DNA of 55,000 nucleotides from Salarias fasciatus (lineage: Eukaryota). Shown here piece by piece: positions 46,373-55,000 of this stretch; within the stretch, counting starts at the first letter, position 1, and each line of letters starts with the position of its first letter. Location: NCBI RefSeq assembly GCF_902148845.1, contig NC_043762.1, positions 28,907,760 through 28,962,759 on the forward strand, in the 5' to 3' direction. The notes under the pieces are model-generated. The model searched no databases and was not told the DNA's origin. It saw only the letters and a program-made list of their open reading frames with translations. Position numbers and translations under genes: made by a program.

Positions 46373-46424
46373 TTAGCTTCCTCTTTTTCCGTCAGGTCTT
46401 CATCCTCTGGCCGGTCCTCCCATG
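46373..46424 (-). CDS. APOL-B coding exon (PWEDRPEDEDLTEKEEA)
   Basis: Acceptor cctttgtcag|, donor AA|gtaagt. 52 nt, phase 1 in and phase 2 out. Same size and phase as the APOL-A 52-nt exon. Confidence 0.55.
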
Positions 46425-46796
46425 CTGACAAAGGAAACGAGGGATTTTATTTTGAAACACTGCATAAACTGATGGGTGAAAACTATGTGGACACATCACA
46501 CAACAGGTTTATTAATCTGCCTCTGAAAGTTGTGACACTAATCCGTACTAATCCATACGACTGCAGAAGCATTTTATCTTCAGGCTTAATTTTCTCATCT
46601 TGCTGCAATCACTGTTTGTTATTATGATGTAAAACAGTTTATCTTATATTACTGTATGGATGCTGAGTAGCAGACGCAGTAGTGATCCTGTTTCTTTACT
46701 ATATATTTTTTTTTAATAAGAAATGCCACATTAGGATATATTGTTTAGAAATATTCAAATTCAAACCATAATTAACTCAATTAATCCGATACTTAC

Positions 46797-46836
46797 GCTC
46801 CACAGTGTTCCACCAGTCCATGAGATCCTCAGCATC
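46797..46836 (-). CDS. APOL-B coding exon (DAEDLMDWWNTVE)
   Basis: Acceptor gtgtttcag|, donor C|gtaagt. 40 nt. Paralogous to APOL-A ENNELMEWWKSVK. Confidence 0.55.
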
Positions 46837-46896
46837 CTGAAACACACCATCAGATTTGTACGTTTCTGTTCCTTTGTTGAATTGAATCAGTGGACT

Positions 46897-46898
46897 AC

Positions 46899-46957
<59 letters not shown>

Positions 46958-46960
46958 CCC
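46897..46960 (+). repeat. (AT)n followed by a poly-T/poly-C tract in the APOL-B intron
   Basis: atatatat...tttttttttttttttttttcccc. Confidence 0.9.
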
Positions 46961-46985
46961 AAAACGATCTGCTGTAAAGACCAAC

Positions 46986-47069
46986 CTGCGTGTCCTGGGG
47001 GGTTTCAGGGTTTCCAGGGTCACGATATTCCTCCAGCTGGTCGAACAAGGATCTGTTTGCCCCTTCGCT
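46986..47069 (-). CDS. APOL-B coding exon (SEGANRSLFDQLEEYRDPGNPETPQDTQ)
   Basis: Acceptor gttgtctcag|, donor CAG|gttggt. 84 nt, phase 0. No ATG in the exon, and an in-frame stop lies just upstream of the acceptor, so this is an internal exon. Confidence 0.5.
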
Positions 47070-47379
47070 CTGAGACAACACAAGTCATCCATCTTTAGAA
47101 TTCAATAAAAACAACTGGATGAACAGTTTTTCAGTGGTGTGTGTGGGAAAAAGTAAAATCAACCAAATCTGTCGTCACGTTTCAGTTGTAAGTGTTTTTT
47201 CGCTCCACTTTTTCTGGTTTATACTCAGATAAATAGGGGGAAGTTGGAGCAGGAGCCAGTCCGGCTGTGTTGATGTCTTTCTGCTGTTTTTTGCAGAAGT
47301 AAAAGAGACCACAGCGTTGCAGGGAGCACATTCAAAAGGGAAGCAGAGAAACAAGTCCGGGCACATTGCAGCCTAATCT

Positions 47380-47660
47380 CAGCTCATCTTCCACGGCGAA
47401 GGCCGAGCAGGAGCCCCGGCCGGCGGGGCGGGGCGGGGCGGGCGCGGTGGGGTTCGTGTCGGCAGGGGAAAGGAAACAAACGCAAAAACAAGAAACACAT
47501 GTTGGCGAGGGCGAGAGAGAGAGAGAGCGGGGCCGGACGGCCTCCAGACAAACTCTGTCGATGACTGGGAGAATGTGGGCGGAGCAGCACGGGTCAGGTG
47601 ACCGAGACGGAGCTTCGGCAACAAACAACCACAACAAGCACAGACTCAGTCGGCCTGGGA
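47380..47660 (-). promoter_or_regulatory. GC/CpG-rich block (GGGGCGGGGCGGGGCGGGCGCGG GC boxes) between array-2 and the APOL-B exons: candidate internal or alternative promoter
   Basis: High CpG density. Sp1-like GC boxes at 47415-47445. GAGA tract at 47505-47530. Confidence 0.3.
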
Positions 47661-47737
47661 AACACGCCGACACCAAGGGCTGGCTTGAGTTTACATAATC
47701 ACAGCAGAAACGCCGTCACGGCTGTTTCCTTTATTAC

Positions 47738-47785
47738 CTCTTCGTTCCCTGCAGCGCCGTGCTTCGTCCTCTGCATGACTTTACC
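47738..47785 (-). CDS. APOL-B exon with the first in-frame ATG (GKV-MQRTKHGAAGNEE). ATG around 47776
   Basis: Acceptor ctgctttcag|GGTAAAGTCATG; donor GAG|gtaata. 48 nt, phase 0. Confidence 0.4.
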
Positions 47786-47920
47786 CTGAAAGCAGTGAAC
47801 ACAACACACACAGTTAAAGCCCTGATAACACTGGTCTCTGGTTTTCAGCTGTATCTGTAACACAACTCAGTCATCTGCTCATAAACCGGACCGGACTCTG
47901 CTACAGAAACACACACAAGG

Positions 47921-47999
47921 AAATAACACAGCAAGACGGGAAATTATATCACACACAAGTCATTTCAGAGACGTATACGTCTCTATAATTTCCCGTCTT
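47921..47999. repeat. Nested perfect palindrome: 17-bp inverted repeats (caagacgggaaattata ... tataatttcccgtcttg) flanking an inner 16-bp palindrome (gagacgtatacgtctc)
   Basis: Read directly from the sequence. Predicts an extended hairpin of about 79 nt. Confidence 0.8.
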
Positions 48000-48621
48000 G
48001 CGGACAGAGCAAGGATTTCAGCATAATGCCATGTCAGTGGAAATTAATTCCACATAAGCAGTTTCATAATAACAAAGAGCTGTAGTCAGGAAATCATCGT
48101 GATTTGGAAGAAATTAAGTGTAAGACTGCCTGAAAAGTTGTAAAAATGCTTTGAACGGACTCTTAAGTAGTTATTGATGCATATCTCTTTTAAAACTGAT
48201 TCAGGGATTCAAACCCCAAACTCAAGGAGAACACTTGACTCGATGTGTCTGGTTAATTCTGTCATTATATAATGACAGTGTGTTTCTTACGGATTGTTTC
48301 TTACATAGTGATAATCTTACCATCATTATAAAGGTAAATGTATAATAAGAGTATAATTCAGTGATAATGTTAATCTATAATAATCCAGATCAATACATCC
48401 AGTGACAGATAAAGTTAACCACATCCATAAGAAGATGGCGTCTCCTGGATTTAGTTCCACTGATTTCATAATGATTTAAGAGAGAATAAATGGAACCGTT
48501 AACAGCTGGTTGAAAGAGAGCCGCTCCAGCAGAGAGAACATGTTCTTGTCATGTTGTTTGTTGTAATGGAGGGTATTTCAGCGGCGCAGAGAAAGGCAGG
48601 TCTGAGCAGGTCACATGTTAC

Positions 48622-48672
48622 CTTGACGCGAGGCATGAAGGGGTTGTGCTTCTTGTATTTCTTGACTTTGGG
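48622..48672 (-). CDS. Array-2 microexon 23, basic NPF (PKVKKYKKHNPFMPRVK)
   Basis: Acceptor tctctttctag|, donor AAG|gtaaca. 51 nt. Confidence 0.5.
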
Positions 48673-48824
48673 CTAGAAAGAGAGATCGACATCAATACAC
48701 CGCTCCCTGGAGGAGGTGGTTCAGGTTCACACACTCTCTGCTGCTTTTCAGTCAGAAACCGTGGTTCTGTTCAGAAACTTTCGTTCATTCAACAGACACG
48801 AGGAACAGGACTGATCAGAAGGAC

Positions 48825-48917
48825 CTTTGGTGTTTTCTCCTGGCCTTCCTCTTCTTTCTTTTCCTCTTTTGATGAAGACTCATCCTCATCTTTCAGGCCT
48901 TCATCGTCAGAGGCAGC
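48825..48917 (-). CDS. Array-2 microexon 22, acidic (AASDDEGLKDEDESSSKEEKKEEEGQEKTPK)
   Basis: Acceptor tctgtgttttcag|, donor AAG|gtcctt (weak). 93 nt. Confidence 0.4.
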
Positions 48918-49013
48918 CTGAAAACACAGAGTCACCATGACAGTGAAATAAAGAAACGATAACGTGTTTCATTTGGACGGCCGTGTCTGTCAGAACTTAG
49001 CGGGCGTTCTTTA

Positions 49014-49061
49014 CCTTGTCTGCAGAACGCGGCATGAAAGGATTCGGCTTCTTGTGTTTCT
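49014..49061 (-). CDS. Array-2 microexon 21, basic NPF (KKHKKPNPFMPRSADK)
   Basis: Acceptor ccccacag|, donor AAG|gtaaag. 48 nt. Confidence 0.5.
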
Positions 49062-49624
49062 TCTGTGGGGAGAATTTGGCACAATCGCAAAGCGTTACGT
49101 GACACGAAGAGCAACAACTGGAAGAGCAGCATTTTATTCCAGGCGTTGGTGATTTGTCTTTAAACGGAGGAACAGTATCGGGGCTTCAGCAGTCACAGAA
49201 AACGGTCATCAGCCACTTCCCCAGAAACAGAAAACACTCTCCGATAAGCACAAAACGCACTGTTTCCACTGACATTTGACTGTTTTATATACATATATTA
49301 AAGGAAGTTTTTCTCTGTGATTGTATCTGCAGGTGTCAGGTGTCTTTTGCATGTTCACGCCATGAAATAACCGATAAGGAGGAAGCAGGAACTAGAAAAG
49401 TTAGATCCTGGCAGAGGAGCTTTCCTCTGCCTGCTGCAGTCGGGCAGAGGTCAGAGCATTAAACAAACAAAACAAAAACAAGTTCAGTGTTCTCAAAAAC
49501 ACACAGAAATAAATACAAACAGATGATCTTAATTAATTTATCAAAAGAATGGCAAAATTGCTTTTTATGCATTTAGGAAAATACATGTTAAGTTCTACCT
49601 ATCCTGCCTGATCATCATGACGAA

Positions 49625-49714
49625 GCGTACTTACTGCTGTGTTCTCTGGAATGTTCATCTCTTCACCGTTTTCAGCAGCAGCAGCAGACTCGTCTCCCTC
49701 AGTGCCTTCATCCC
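49625..49714 (-). CDS. Array-2 microexon 20, acidic (NQSGDEGTEGDESAAAAENGEEMNIPENTA)
   Basis: Acceptor catgtgccgcag|, donor GCA|gtaagt. 90 nt. Confidence 0.45.
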
Positions 49715-49866
49715 CGGACTGGTTCTGCGGCACATGGAGCTGATCAGTTCATTATTTTCGTCTCATAGGAAAGAAAAACACACTAATGCTTGATATTTGA
49801 AAGCTAATACTCTCCACTGACATTCTATATTATCTTAACTTGTATTCTGTGCACATGGAAACATAC

Positions 49867-49920
49867 CTGGTGTCTGGTTCTCTGCTTCTGTAGATCACGA
49901 GTTCTCGTTCTGCTCATCTC
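49867..49920 (-). CDS. Array-2 microexon 19, basic (EMSRTRTRDLQKQRTRHQ)
   Basis: Acceptor ggttttatttcag|, donor CAG|gtatgt. 54 nt. Confidence 0.45.
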
Positions 49921-50000
49921 CTGAAATAAAACCACAGATGGTATTTAAACGACCGTGGTCTACAGCAGACCTTCCAGATCCAGAGGCCGAAATAAACCAC

Positions 50001-50081
50001 CTGCTCAGACGGTCTGGCTGGGATTTCAGGAGTCTCCTCAGGACTTTCTTGTCTCTGTCGGGGGATCACGTCTTTGCTTTC
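50001..50081 (-). CDS. Array-2 microexon 18 (ESKDVIPRQRQESPEETPEIPARPSEQ)
   Basis: Acceptor cattttctgtag|, donor CAG|gtggtt. 81 nt. Confidence 0.4.
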
Positions 50082-50185
50082 CTACAGAAAATGAAAGTAA
50101 ATCCATGTGACGAAGCCTGTTTCATGTCGGCAAAGCTCGACTTCACAAAATCAACTCTGTGAACAAAGGCAGCTGAGAAGGGTAC

Positions 50186-50245
50186 CTTATCGTACTGAGG
50201 TCGTCTTGATTTGTCTCTGTCGTCTGCGGACGTCCTCTTCATCTC
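50186..50245 (-). CDS. Array-2 microexon 17 (EMKRTSADDRDKSRRPQYDK)
   Basis: Acceptor ccgtgttccag|, donor AAG|gtaccc. 60 nt. Confidence 0.45.
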
Positions 50246-50324
50246 CTGGAACACGGCGAAACAGAGTCAGACCGAGCAGAATCCACCAGGGACTCAGGAG
50301 GACCAGATCTGACTGCAGGCTAAC

Positions 50325-50402
50325 CTTCTCTGCTGGTCTGGGAGGGACCCAAGACGCTCCACGTCTGTCCGGGTTCTCTGGCTGGCTCGTGTTGCTCTTG
50401 AC
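50325..50402 (-). CDS. Array-2 microexon 16 (VKSNTSQPENPDRRGASWVPPRPAEK)
   Basis: Acceptor cttgtcag|, donor AAG|gttagc. 78 nt. Flanked by (CA)n and (TG)n microsatellites in the introns. Confidence 0.4.
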
Positions 50403-50410
50403 CTGACAAG

Positions 50411-50451
<41 letters not shown>

Positions 50452-50525
50452 AAACGAAGAAAGTCAGTCAGTGTACTGGAGCAGGCTGGAGGTAAGGAGG
50501 ATGTGGTGAAGATACAGCTAATCAG

Positions 50526-50528
<3 letters not shown>

Positions 50529-50577
<49 letters not shown>
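50529..50577 (+). repeat. (TG)n microsatellite in the array-2 intron
   Basis: tgtgtgtg run. A (CA)n run at 50411-50452 lies nearby. Confidence 0.95.
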
Positions 50578-50615
50578 TCGCGGGTGACTCAGAGGGATGC
50601 AGTAAATAGACTCAC

Positions 50616-50681
50616 CGGCTTTGGCTTCTCTTTCACTTGTTGCTCGCTGTCCTTGAGGCTCTCTCCGTCCTCCGTCTCTTT
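50616..50681 (-). CDS. Array-2 microexon 15, acidic (KETEDGESLKDSEQQVKEKPKP)
   Basis: Acceptor tcctttattcag|, donor CCG|gtgagt. 66 nt. Confidence 0.45.
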
Positions 50682-51024
50682 CTGAATAAAGGACAGGAAT
50701 TCCTTTTTAAATTGCATCGATCAAAATAGACCTCTTTAATAACATCTATTAAAAAACACGTCATTGGAAAGACTACTGGAGTTCCTGAATGCGGCTCCCT
50801 TCTTCTTCCCATGTCATTAACTCTAAATAAATCTGTATGGTACAATAATCATATTGAGAAGTGAGAAAAAAAAAAGAACACTTTGCAACACAGCAGTCAC
50901 CCACACTGGTGAAATGGTTAGTAGACGTGTGACAACGACTCAAAGCCTGATCACATGCAGCCGAACCACGACCCCCACGACCCCCACCACCACCACCACC
51001 CGACACGTCTGACACCATATTTAC

Positions 51025-51078
51025 TTTATTGGCAGAACGGAAAGGGTTCAGTTTGGACATGGCTCCGGCCACGGCGCT
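51025..51078 (-). CDS. Array-2 microexon 14, NPF (SAVAGAMSKLNPFRSANK)
   Basis: Acceptor tgttcctttcag|, donor AAA|gtaaat. 54 nt. Confidence 0.5.
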
Positions 51079-51526
51079 CTGAAAGGAACACACACCCGCA
51101 CAGCGTTCAGGTGGATTTCAGAACATTTCAGTCCGTCCTCGGTCGGAGAGCCACACACCGACCCAGCGATGAATTAAATCATGGAGCGGTGACCATGAAA
51201 ACACAGCGCTAATGTCATCCAACAGCAGACTAACAAAACATCGCTCATCTCCTCAGCAGGTAAATATTTAGGAAGGTTGTTTATTGCAAAAAATGTCGTT
51301 TATTTCAGAACATGAGAGCTTGGTTTATTCAAGATCTTCATGTTTTTTGACATATTTTGTGATTTTTTTTTTTAATGATTTTATAAACTATTGACTGGAT
51401 CAATAGAACTCAGAAGGTGTTTTGTGTATTAAAAGTGATTTCAGAATACAAACGGAGTCTTCAGCACAAAGAGAATTGGCTGAATGTCAAACTGAGTGAA
51501 ACAGGAAGTAGGGACTCTGGAAGCAC

Positions 51527-51595
51527 CTGTTTGTGAGCCGATGGTTTCTCGCTGGCAGCTGGATCCTCCTCGTCTGAGCTCATCTGCTTCTCATG
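51527..51595 (-). CDS. Array-2 microexon 13, acidic (HEKQMSSDEEDPAASEKPSAHKQ)
   Basis: Acceptor gttttcttggcag|, donor CAG|gtgctt. 69 nt. Confidence 0.45.
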
Positions 51596-51723
51596 CTGCC
51601 AAGAAAACACAGAACACAGAAACTCTTCATCAAAAGCACATAAATTCAGCTTTTAAAGTCATTTTACGGAAGCTGCAGTCTGTCCTCCACTAGAGTCAGC
51701 CAGCAGGAAGCGCAGCAGCTTAC

Positions 51724-51777
51724 TTTGTGGACGCCTCGAAAGGGATTGAGCTTGGTCATGGCTCCTGCCAGCTTGTT
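51724..51777 (-). CDS. Array-2 microexon 12, NPF (NKLAGAMTKLNPFRGVHK)
   Basis: Acceptor cccgactcag|, donor AAA|gtaagc. 54 nt. Paralogous to microexon 14. Confidence 0.5.
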
Positions 51778-51861
51778 CTGAGTCGGGACGAAAGAGGAAC
51801 AAAACATTAACCAACAGCAGTATCAATGACATCTCTAAACTACGAGACATTAAATAGGAAC

Positions 51862-51927
51862 CTGTTTAGGACCAGTCTGGTTGTCTTCGCTGTCTGATGC
51901 CTCCTCGTCAGAGTTCGGGCTCTTTTC
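51862..51927 (-). CDS. Array-2 microexon 11, acidic (EKSPNSDEEASDSEDNQTGPKQ)
   Basis: Acceptor ccttcctctgcag|, donor CAG|gttcct. 66 nt. Confidence 0.45.
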
Positions 51928-51998
51928 CTGCAGAGGAAGGACACTTTACGTAAATACAGAACAAAATAAACGGAATTTGGCTGTATTTCACCTCTCAC

Positions 51999-52046
51999 CT
52001 TCTTGTCGGTGTGAAATGTACTCTTCATCATGGCAGTGAACCCAAA
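51999..52046 (-). CDS. Array-2 microexon 10 (FGFTAMMKSTFHTDKK)
   Basis: Acceptor gtcttgttccag|, donor AAG|gtgaga. 48 nt. Confidence 0.45.
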
Positions 52047-52126
52047 CTGGAACAAGACGAAGATGATCACGTTAAAAATAAAAATAAAAACACGACGAAT
52101 AAAAGTTACTTTGTTATCAAAACCAA

Positions 52127-52180
52127 CCTGCTTAGTTTTGGGCTTCTCTGCAGTGGCGTCCTCTGAGTTTTCACTCTTCT
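52127..52180 (-). CDS. Array-2 microexon 9, acidic (EKSENSEDATAEKPKTKQ)
   Basis: Acceptor ctttcctcag|, donor CAG|gttggt. 54 nt. Confidence 0.45.
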
Positions 52181-52260
52181 CCTGAGGAAAGACAAATGAA
52201 CACATGGTCAATATATCCGCTCCTGAAAAGCACATCGGAGGAAACGAGCTTGACCCCTGA

Positions 52261-52326
52261 CCTTTGACGGCTTCTCCGTGTGACCTTTACCCTCTGCGGA
52301 CGGTTCTGCGTCCATGGACAAGTCGT
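52261..52326 (-). CDS. Array-2 microexon 8, acidic (DDLSMDAEPSAEGKGHTEKPSK)
   Basis: Acceptor tctccctgtaaag|, donor AAG|gtcagg. 66 nt. Confidence 0.4.
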
Positions 52327-53359
52327 CCTTTACAGGGAGAAACAGCAAAAAGTCACAAAATGAACGAGGAAAAGAGCTTCCAGAAAAAATAACCATTTTC
52401 AGAGGAAGCAAAAACGATCACATTCAAGAGCAGAATGAAAGAATCGTCCTGAAGCAGATCTGAGGCGAGATGTGCAACGAGACACACGACAAAACTGTCG
52501 CTAATAAAACTAACATGTTTAGATCAACCGTCTTATTCTGTGGCAATAACACAGATTATAATTAAACTTGTATCATAGTTATAAGTTACAAACTAAACAC
52601 AGAACTAATGTTAATTAAAACTGTTAAGATTGAAAGGATGTATTTAGAAACTGGAGGTTCAGCATCGCTAATATAACTTGATCACTCTTGAATCTGTAAA
52701 CCTCTGCTGCTTCAGGGCGGAGAATTATTATCGTCACATGATTTGAGCCGTAACTGAGGTTTTGCTAATAACAACAACAACAACAACAACAACAATAATA
52801 GTAACTCTCTGAAGAGGGTAAAGTCTGTTTCCTAAGAGTCTCCCATTGCTCTGAACTCCACTCCAACATTTCGCTCTCATGAATGAAAACCTGCTGAAAG
52901 TAGAAAAGTGAAGTAAAAGCTGTGCTGAAGGAGTTAAATCAGACACGGAGAGAGAAACAAACTGCTTCAGACCAGTGAGCTGTGTCACTGTCCGACTGAA
53001 CCGGGCAGGATGCCGAGCCTTTAGATCTCAGCTGATAGTTTAAAGACGGGAGTCACTGCCGTCACATCCAGAATGTCGTCTCTGTGTAAAACATTCAAGC
53101 CGTCAGCGATAAGAAGACCTTTGTATGTCTGAGTGTTCTGTTACTTTCCAACGCCTCACATGACAATGCGTCACAATTTGTTTGACCACACCTAAACACA
53201 AAGCCAACACACCCACGACCGTACAGATACGATTTGTATCTGAACAGCGTCGAACCAGCACCGGCGTCCAAAAAATAAAAAGATCTCTGTTCTTTAAGGG
53301 CTGCATTCATTTCACTGTAGCTTTTTCACCATATTTAAAAGTAGTTCCTTCAGACGTAC

Positions 53360-53419
53360 CTGAGACTGAGACCTGGCAGCCTTCTTTCTGAACACCCCAC
53401 TGAAGAGCCCTCCTTTCTC
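53360..53419 (-). CDS. Array-2 microexon 7, type B (EKGGLFSGVFRKKAARSQSQ)
   Basis: Acceptor tgtgttctcag|, donor CAG|gtacgt. 60 nt. Confidence 0.55.
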
Positions 53420-53508
53420 CTGAGAACACAGGAAACCTGCTGCTGTCACGACCTCGTTCACAGCTGAGGCTGGAGGCTGGATGGAGCTACAGCAAAGATC
53501 AGACTCAC

Positions 53509-53574
53509 CTTCGACGGGTTCTCGTCCAGGTTTTCGCTGCTGCCGGAGAGCTTGCCGTCTGCAGACAAATCCTC
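53509..53574 (-). CDS. Array-2 microexon 6, type A (EDLSADGKLSGSSENLDENPSK)
   Basis: Acceptor ctcgtctgcag|, donor AAG|gtgagt. 66 nt. Confidence 0.55.
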
Positions 53575-53664
53575 CTGCAGACGAGAATCGAGCCAGGATA
53601 ACCGATCAGAGCGGATATAAACAGAGGCAGACGGCGATACGGCGGCGGCGGCGTCAGTACATGC

Positions 53665-53727
53665 CTGAGACTGCGTCCTGTGCTTGTGGCCCTTTTTAAA
53701 CATCCCAGAGAACATCCCTCCCGACTC
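53665..53727 (-). CDS. Array-2 microexon 5, type B (ESGGMFSGMFKKGHKHRTQSQ), with a non-canonical GC donor
   Basis: Acceptor tggcccagcag|. The donor position reads CAG|gcatgt where sister exons have CAG|gt(a/g)xgt. 63 nt. Confidence 0.4.
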
Positions 53728-53815
53728 CTGCTGGGCCACAAGTCACATTAAACACCGGCCGAGAGCAGAACAGGAACAGCGACGACCGAAAGACTTCACA
53801 TCTCTGCGGATGTAC

Positions 53816-53884
53816 CTTAGCGTTGCTGTTGACAGCCAGGCCGTCGCTGCTGCCGGAGAGCTCGCCGTCTGCAGACAGGTCGTC
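53816..53884 (-). CDS. Array-2 microexon 4, type A (DDLSADGELSGSSDGLAVNSNAK)
   Basis: Acceptor gtggcctccag|, donor AAG|gtacat. 69 nt. Confidence 0.55.
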
Positions 53885-53968
53885 CTGGAGGCCACAAACA
53901 GGCTCAAACACGTCAACATGCAGGGAAACACGGCGAGATGAGAAATCAGCAGCGCGCTAAACACACAC

Positions 53969-54040
53969 CTGAGACTGTGTCCTCACTCCTAAACGCTTTG
54001 GTGGCTTCTTGAAGAGTCCGCTGAACACCCCGCCCGACTC
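53969..54040 (-). CDS. Array-2 microexon 3, type B (ESGGVFSGLFKKPPKRLGVRTQSQ)
   Basis: Acceptor tggactccag|, donor CAG|gtgtgt. 72 nt. Confidence 0.55.
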
Positions 54041-54159
54041 CTGGAGTCCAGACACAACCAAAACAAAACCGTCATTCAGGAAGCTTCCTCCGTGGTGGAG
54101 GATCACAGAGAACGTTTCCATCCTGCAGCAACACCAGTAAAAGCTTCTACAGAGCTCAC

Positions 54160-54216
54160 CTTCGCGTTGAGGTTGTCAGCGCTGCCGGAAAGCTCGCTGG
54201 GAGCAGATAAATCCTC
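54160..54216 (-). CDS. Array-2 microexon 2, type A (EDLSAPSELSGSADNLNAK)
   Basis: Acceptor ttgttgttttccag|, donor AAG|gtgagc. 57 nt. Confidence 0.55.
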
Positions 54217-54312
54217 CTGGAAAACAACAAAACAGGTTTTTAAATTCGACCGTTTGAAAACAGAAAGTCAGATCATTTTAAAGAAAAGAAAAGAGACGGA
54301 AGAGACGGATAC

Positions 54313-54384
54313 CTGAGACTGAGCCTGGGCTGCAGAGAGCTTCGGAGACTTTTTAAACATCCCACTGAACACGCCTCCAGATTC
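54313..54384 (-). CDS. Array-2 microexon 1 as seen (type B: ESGGVFSGMFKKSPKLSAAQAQSQ). The array probably continues upstream, beyond the window
   Basis: Acceptor tttgatctgcag|, donor CAG|gtatcc. 72 nt. Confidence 0.55.
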
Positions 54385-54540
54385 CTGCAGATCAAAATAA
54401 CTTTACGTCCACATCAGAAATCAAAGTCCGTTTTCTGAAAGTTCTCAAAACTACGTCTTTTTTAAAAACTAGTGATGCAGAAGCCAGATGGACGGACGGC
54501 CACGGTGTGTTCCAAACAACAGACTGCAGTTTAATCAAAC

Positions 54541-54557
54541 TGCTGATGTGTGCACGT

Positions 54558-54588
<31 letters not shown>

Positions 54589-54589
54589 G

Positions 54590-54621
<32 letters not shown>

Positions 54622-54640
54622 CACACACACACAAAAGTGT
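54541..54640 (+). repeat. Compound (TC)n/(CA)n microsatellite
   Basis: tctctctctcacacacacacacacacagacacacacacacac... Confidence 0.95.
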
Positions 54641-54921
54641 CAATTGAAACACTGAGCCGCTGCCTCCACAGCTACTGTCGGTCACATCCTGCAGACACAT
54701 TTCCACCATGAAACACACACTTCACATAAGATTTCCATTACATTTAACCATTTAAATATTTTTTATTGCAATATTTGCATTAATATTTACAAGTAAACGC
54801 ATTGAATAATGAAAATCATTGCTCATGTAGTTCAGTTTCCACGGCATTTTTTCCATCTTACAGGTACTGAGATATTTAAATGTTTTCATGTGCAATATAA
54901 ATGTCATTACTGGTTAATAAT

Positions 54922-54927
<6 letters not shown>

Positions 54928-54998
<71 letters not shown>

Positions 54999-55000
54999 TA
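54928..55000 (+). repeat. (AAT)n microsatellite running to the window edge
   Basis: aataataataat... Confidence 0.95.

Overview
Teleost-type nuclear genomic DNA, not prokaryotic: short GT-AG introns, (CA)n/(TG)n microsatellites, tRNA-derived SINE copies and a LINE fragment. All coordinates are hand-derived and approximate (about ±2 nt). Genes I can support:
(1) A complete hnrnpc (heterogeneous nuclear ribonucleoprotein C) gene on the + strand, with 7 coding exons at 12444-14502.
(2) A signal-peptide plus DOMON-domain gene on the - strand (16398-19135) with a Ser/Thr-rich stalk and a GPI-anchor-like C-terminal tail.
(3) A 5'-truncated non-LTR retrotransposon fragment on the + strand (about 20870-22012). 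It ends in a 9-bp minisatellite tail.
(4) Two tandem paralogous apolipoprotein-L (APOL) family genes on the - strand. APOL-A is at 26414-29062 and carries a very long low-complexity Arg/Glu/Ser/Pro/Gly C-terminal tail. APOL-B is at 45247-47776.
The most unusual feature: each APOL gene is preceded, on the same strand, by a long array of symmetric phase-0 microexons (mostly 48-75 nt, range 27-105 nt; all lengths are multiples of 3). There are at least 41 such exons upstream of APOL-A (29368-39817) and at least 23 upstream of APOL-B (48622-54384, cut off by the window edge). Each has a consensus-like AG acceptor and GT donor. They alternate between acidic phosphoserine-cluster peptides (xLSASSENLSExxK) and basic amphipathic peptides (EKGGLFSGMFKKPxKP). 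The second array also carries repeated NPF-motif exons. Both arrays read in frame into the APOL exons, and no terminator is evident between array and APOL. I cannot assign these arrays to any protein family I recognise. I flag them as a candidate undescribed repeat-protein / APOL-fusion system.
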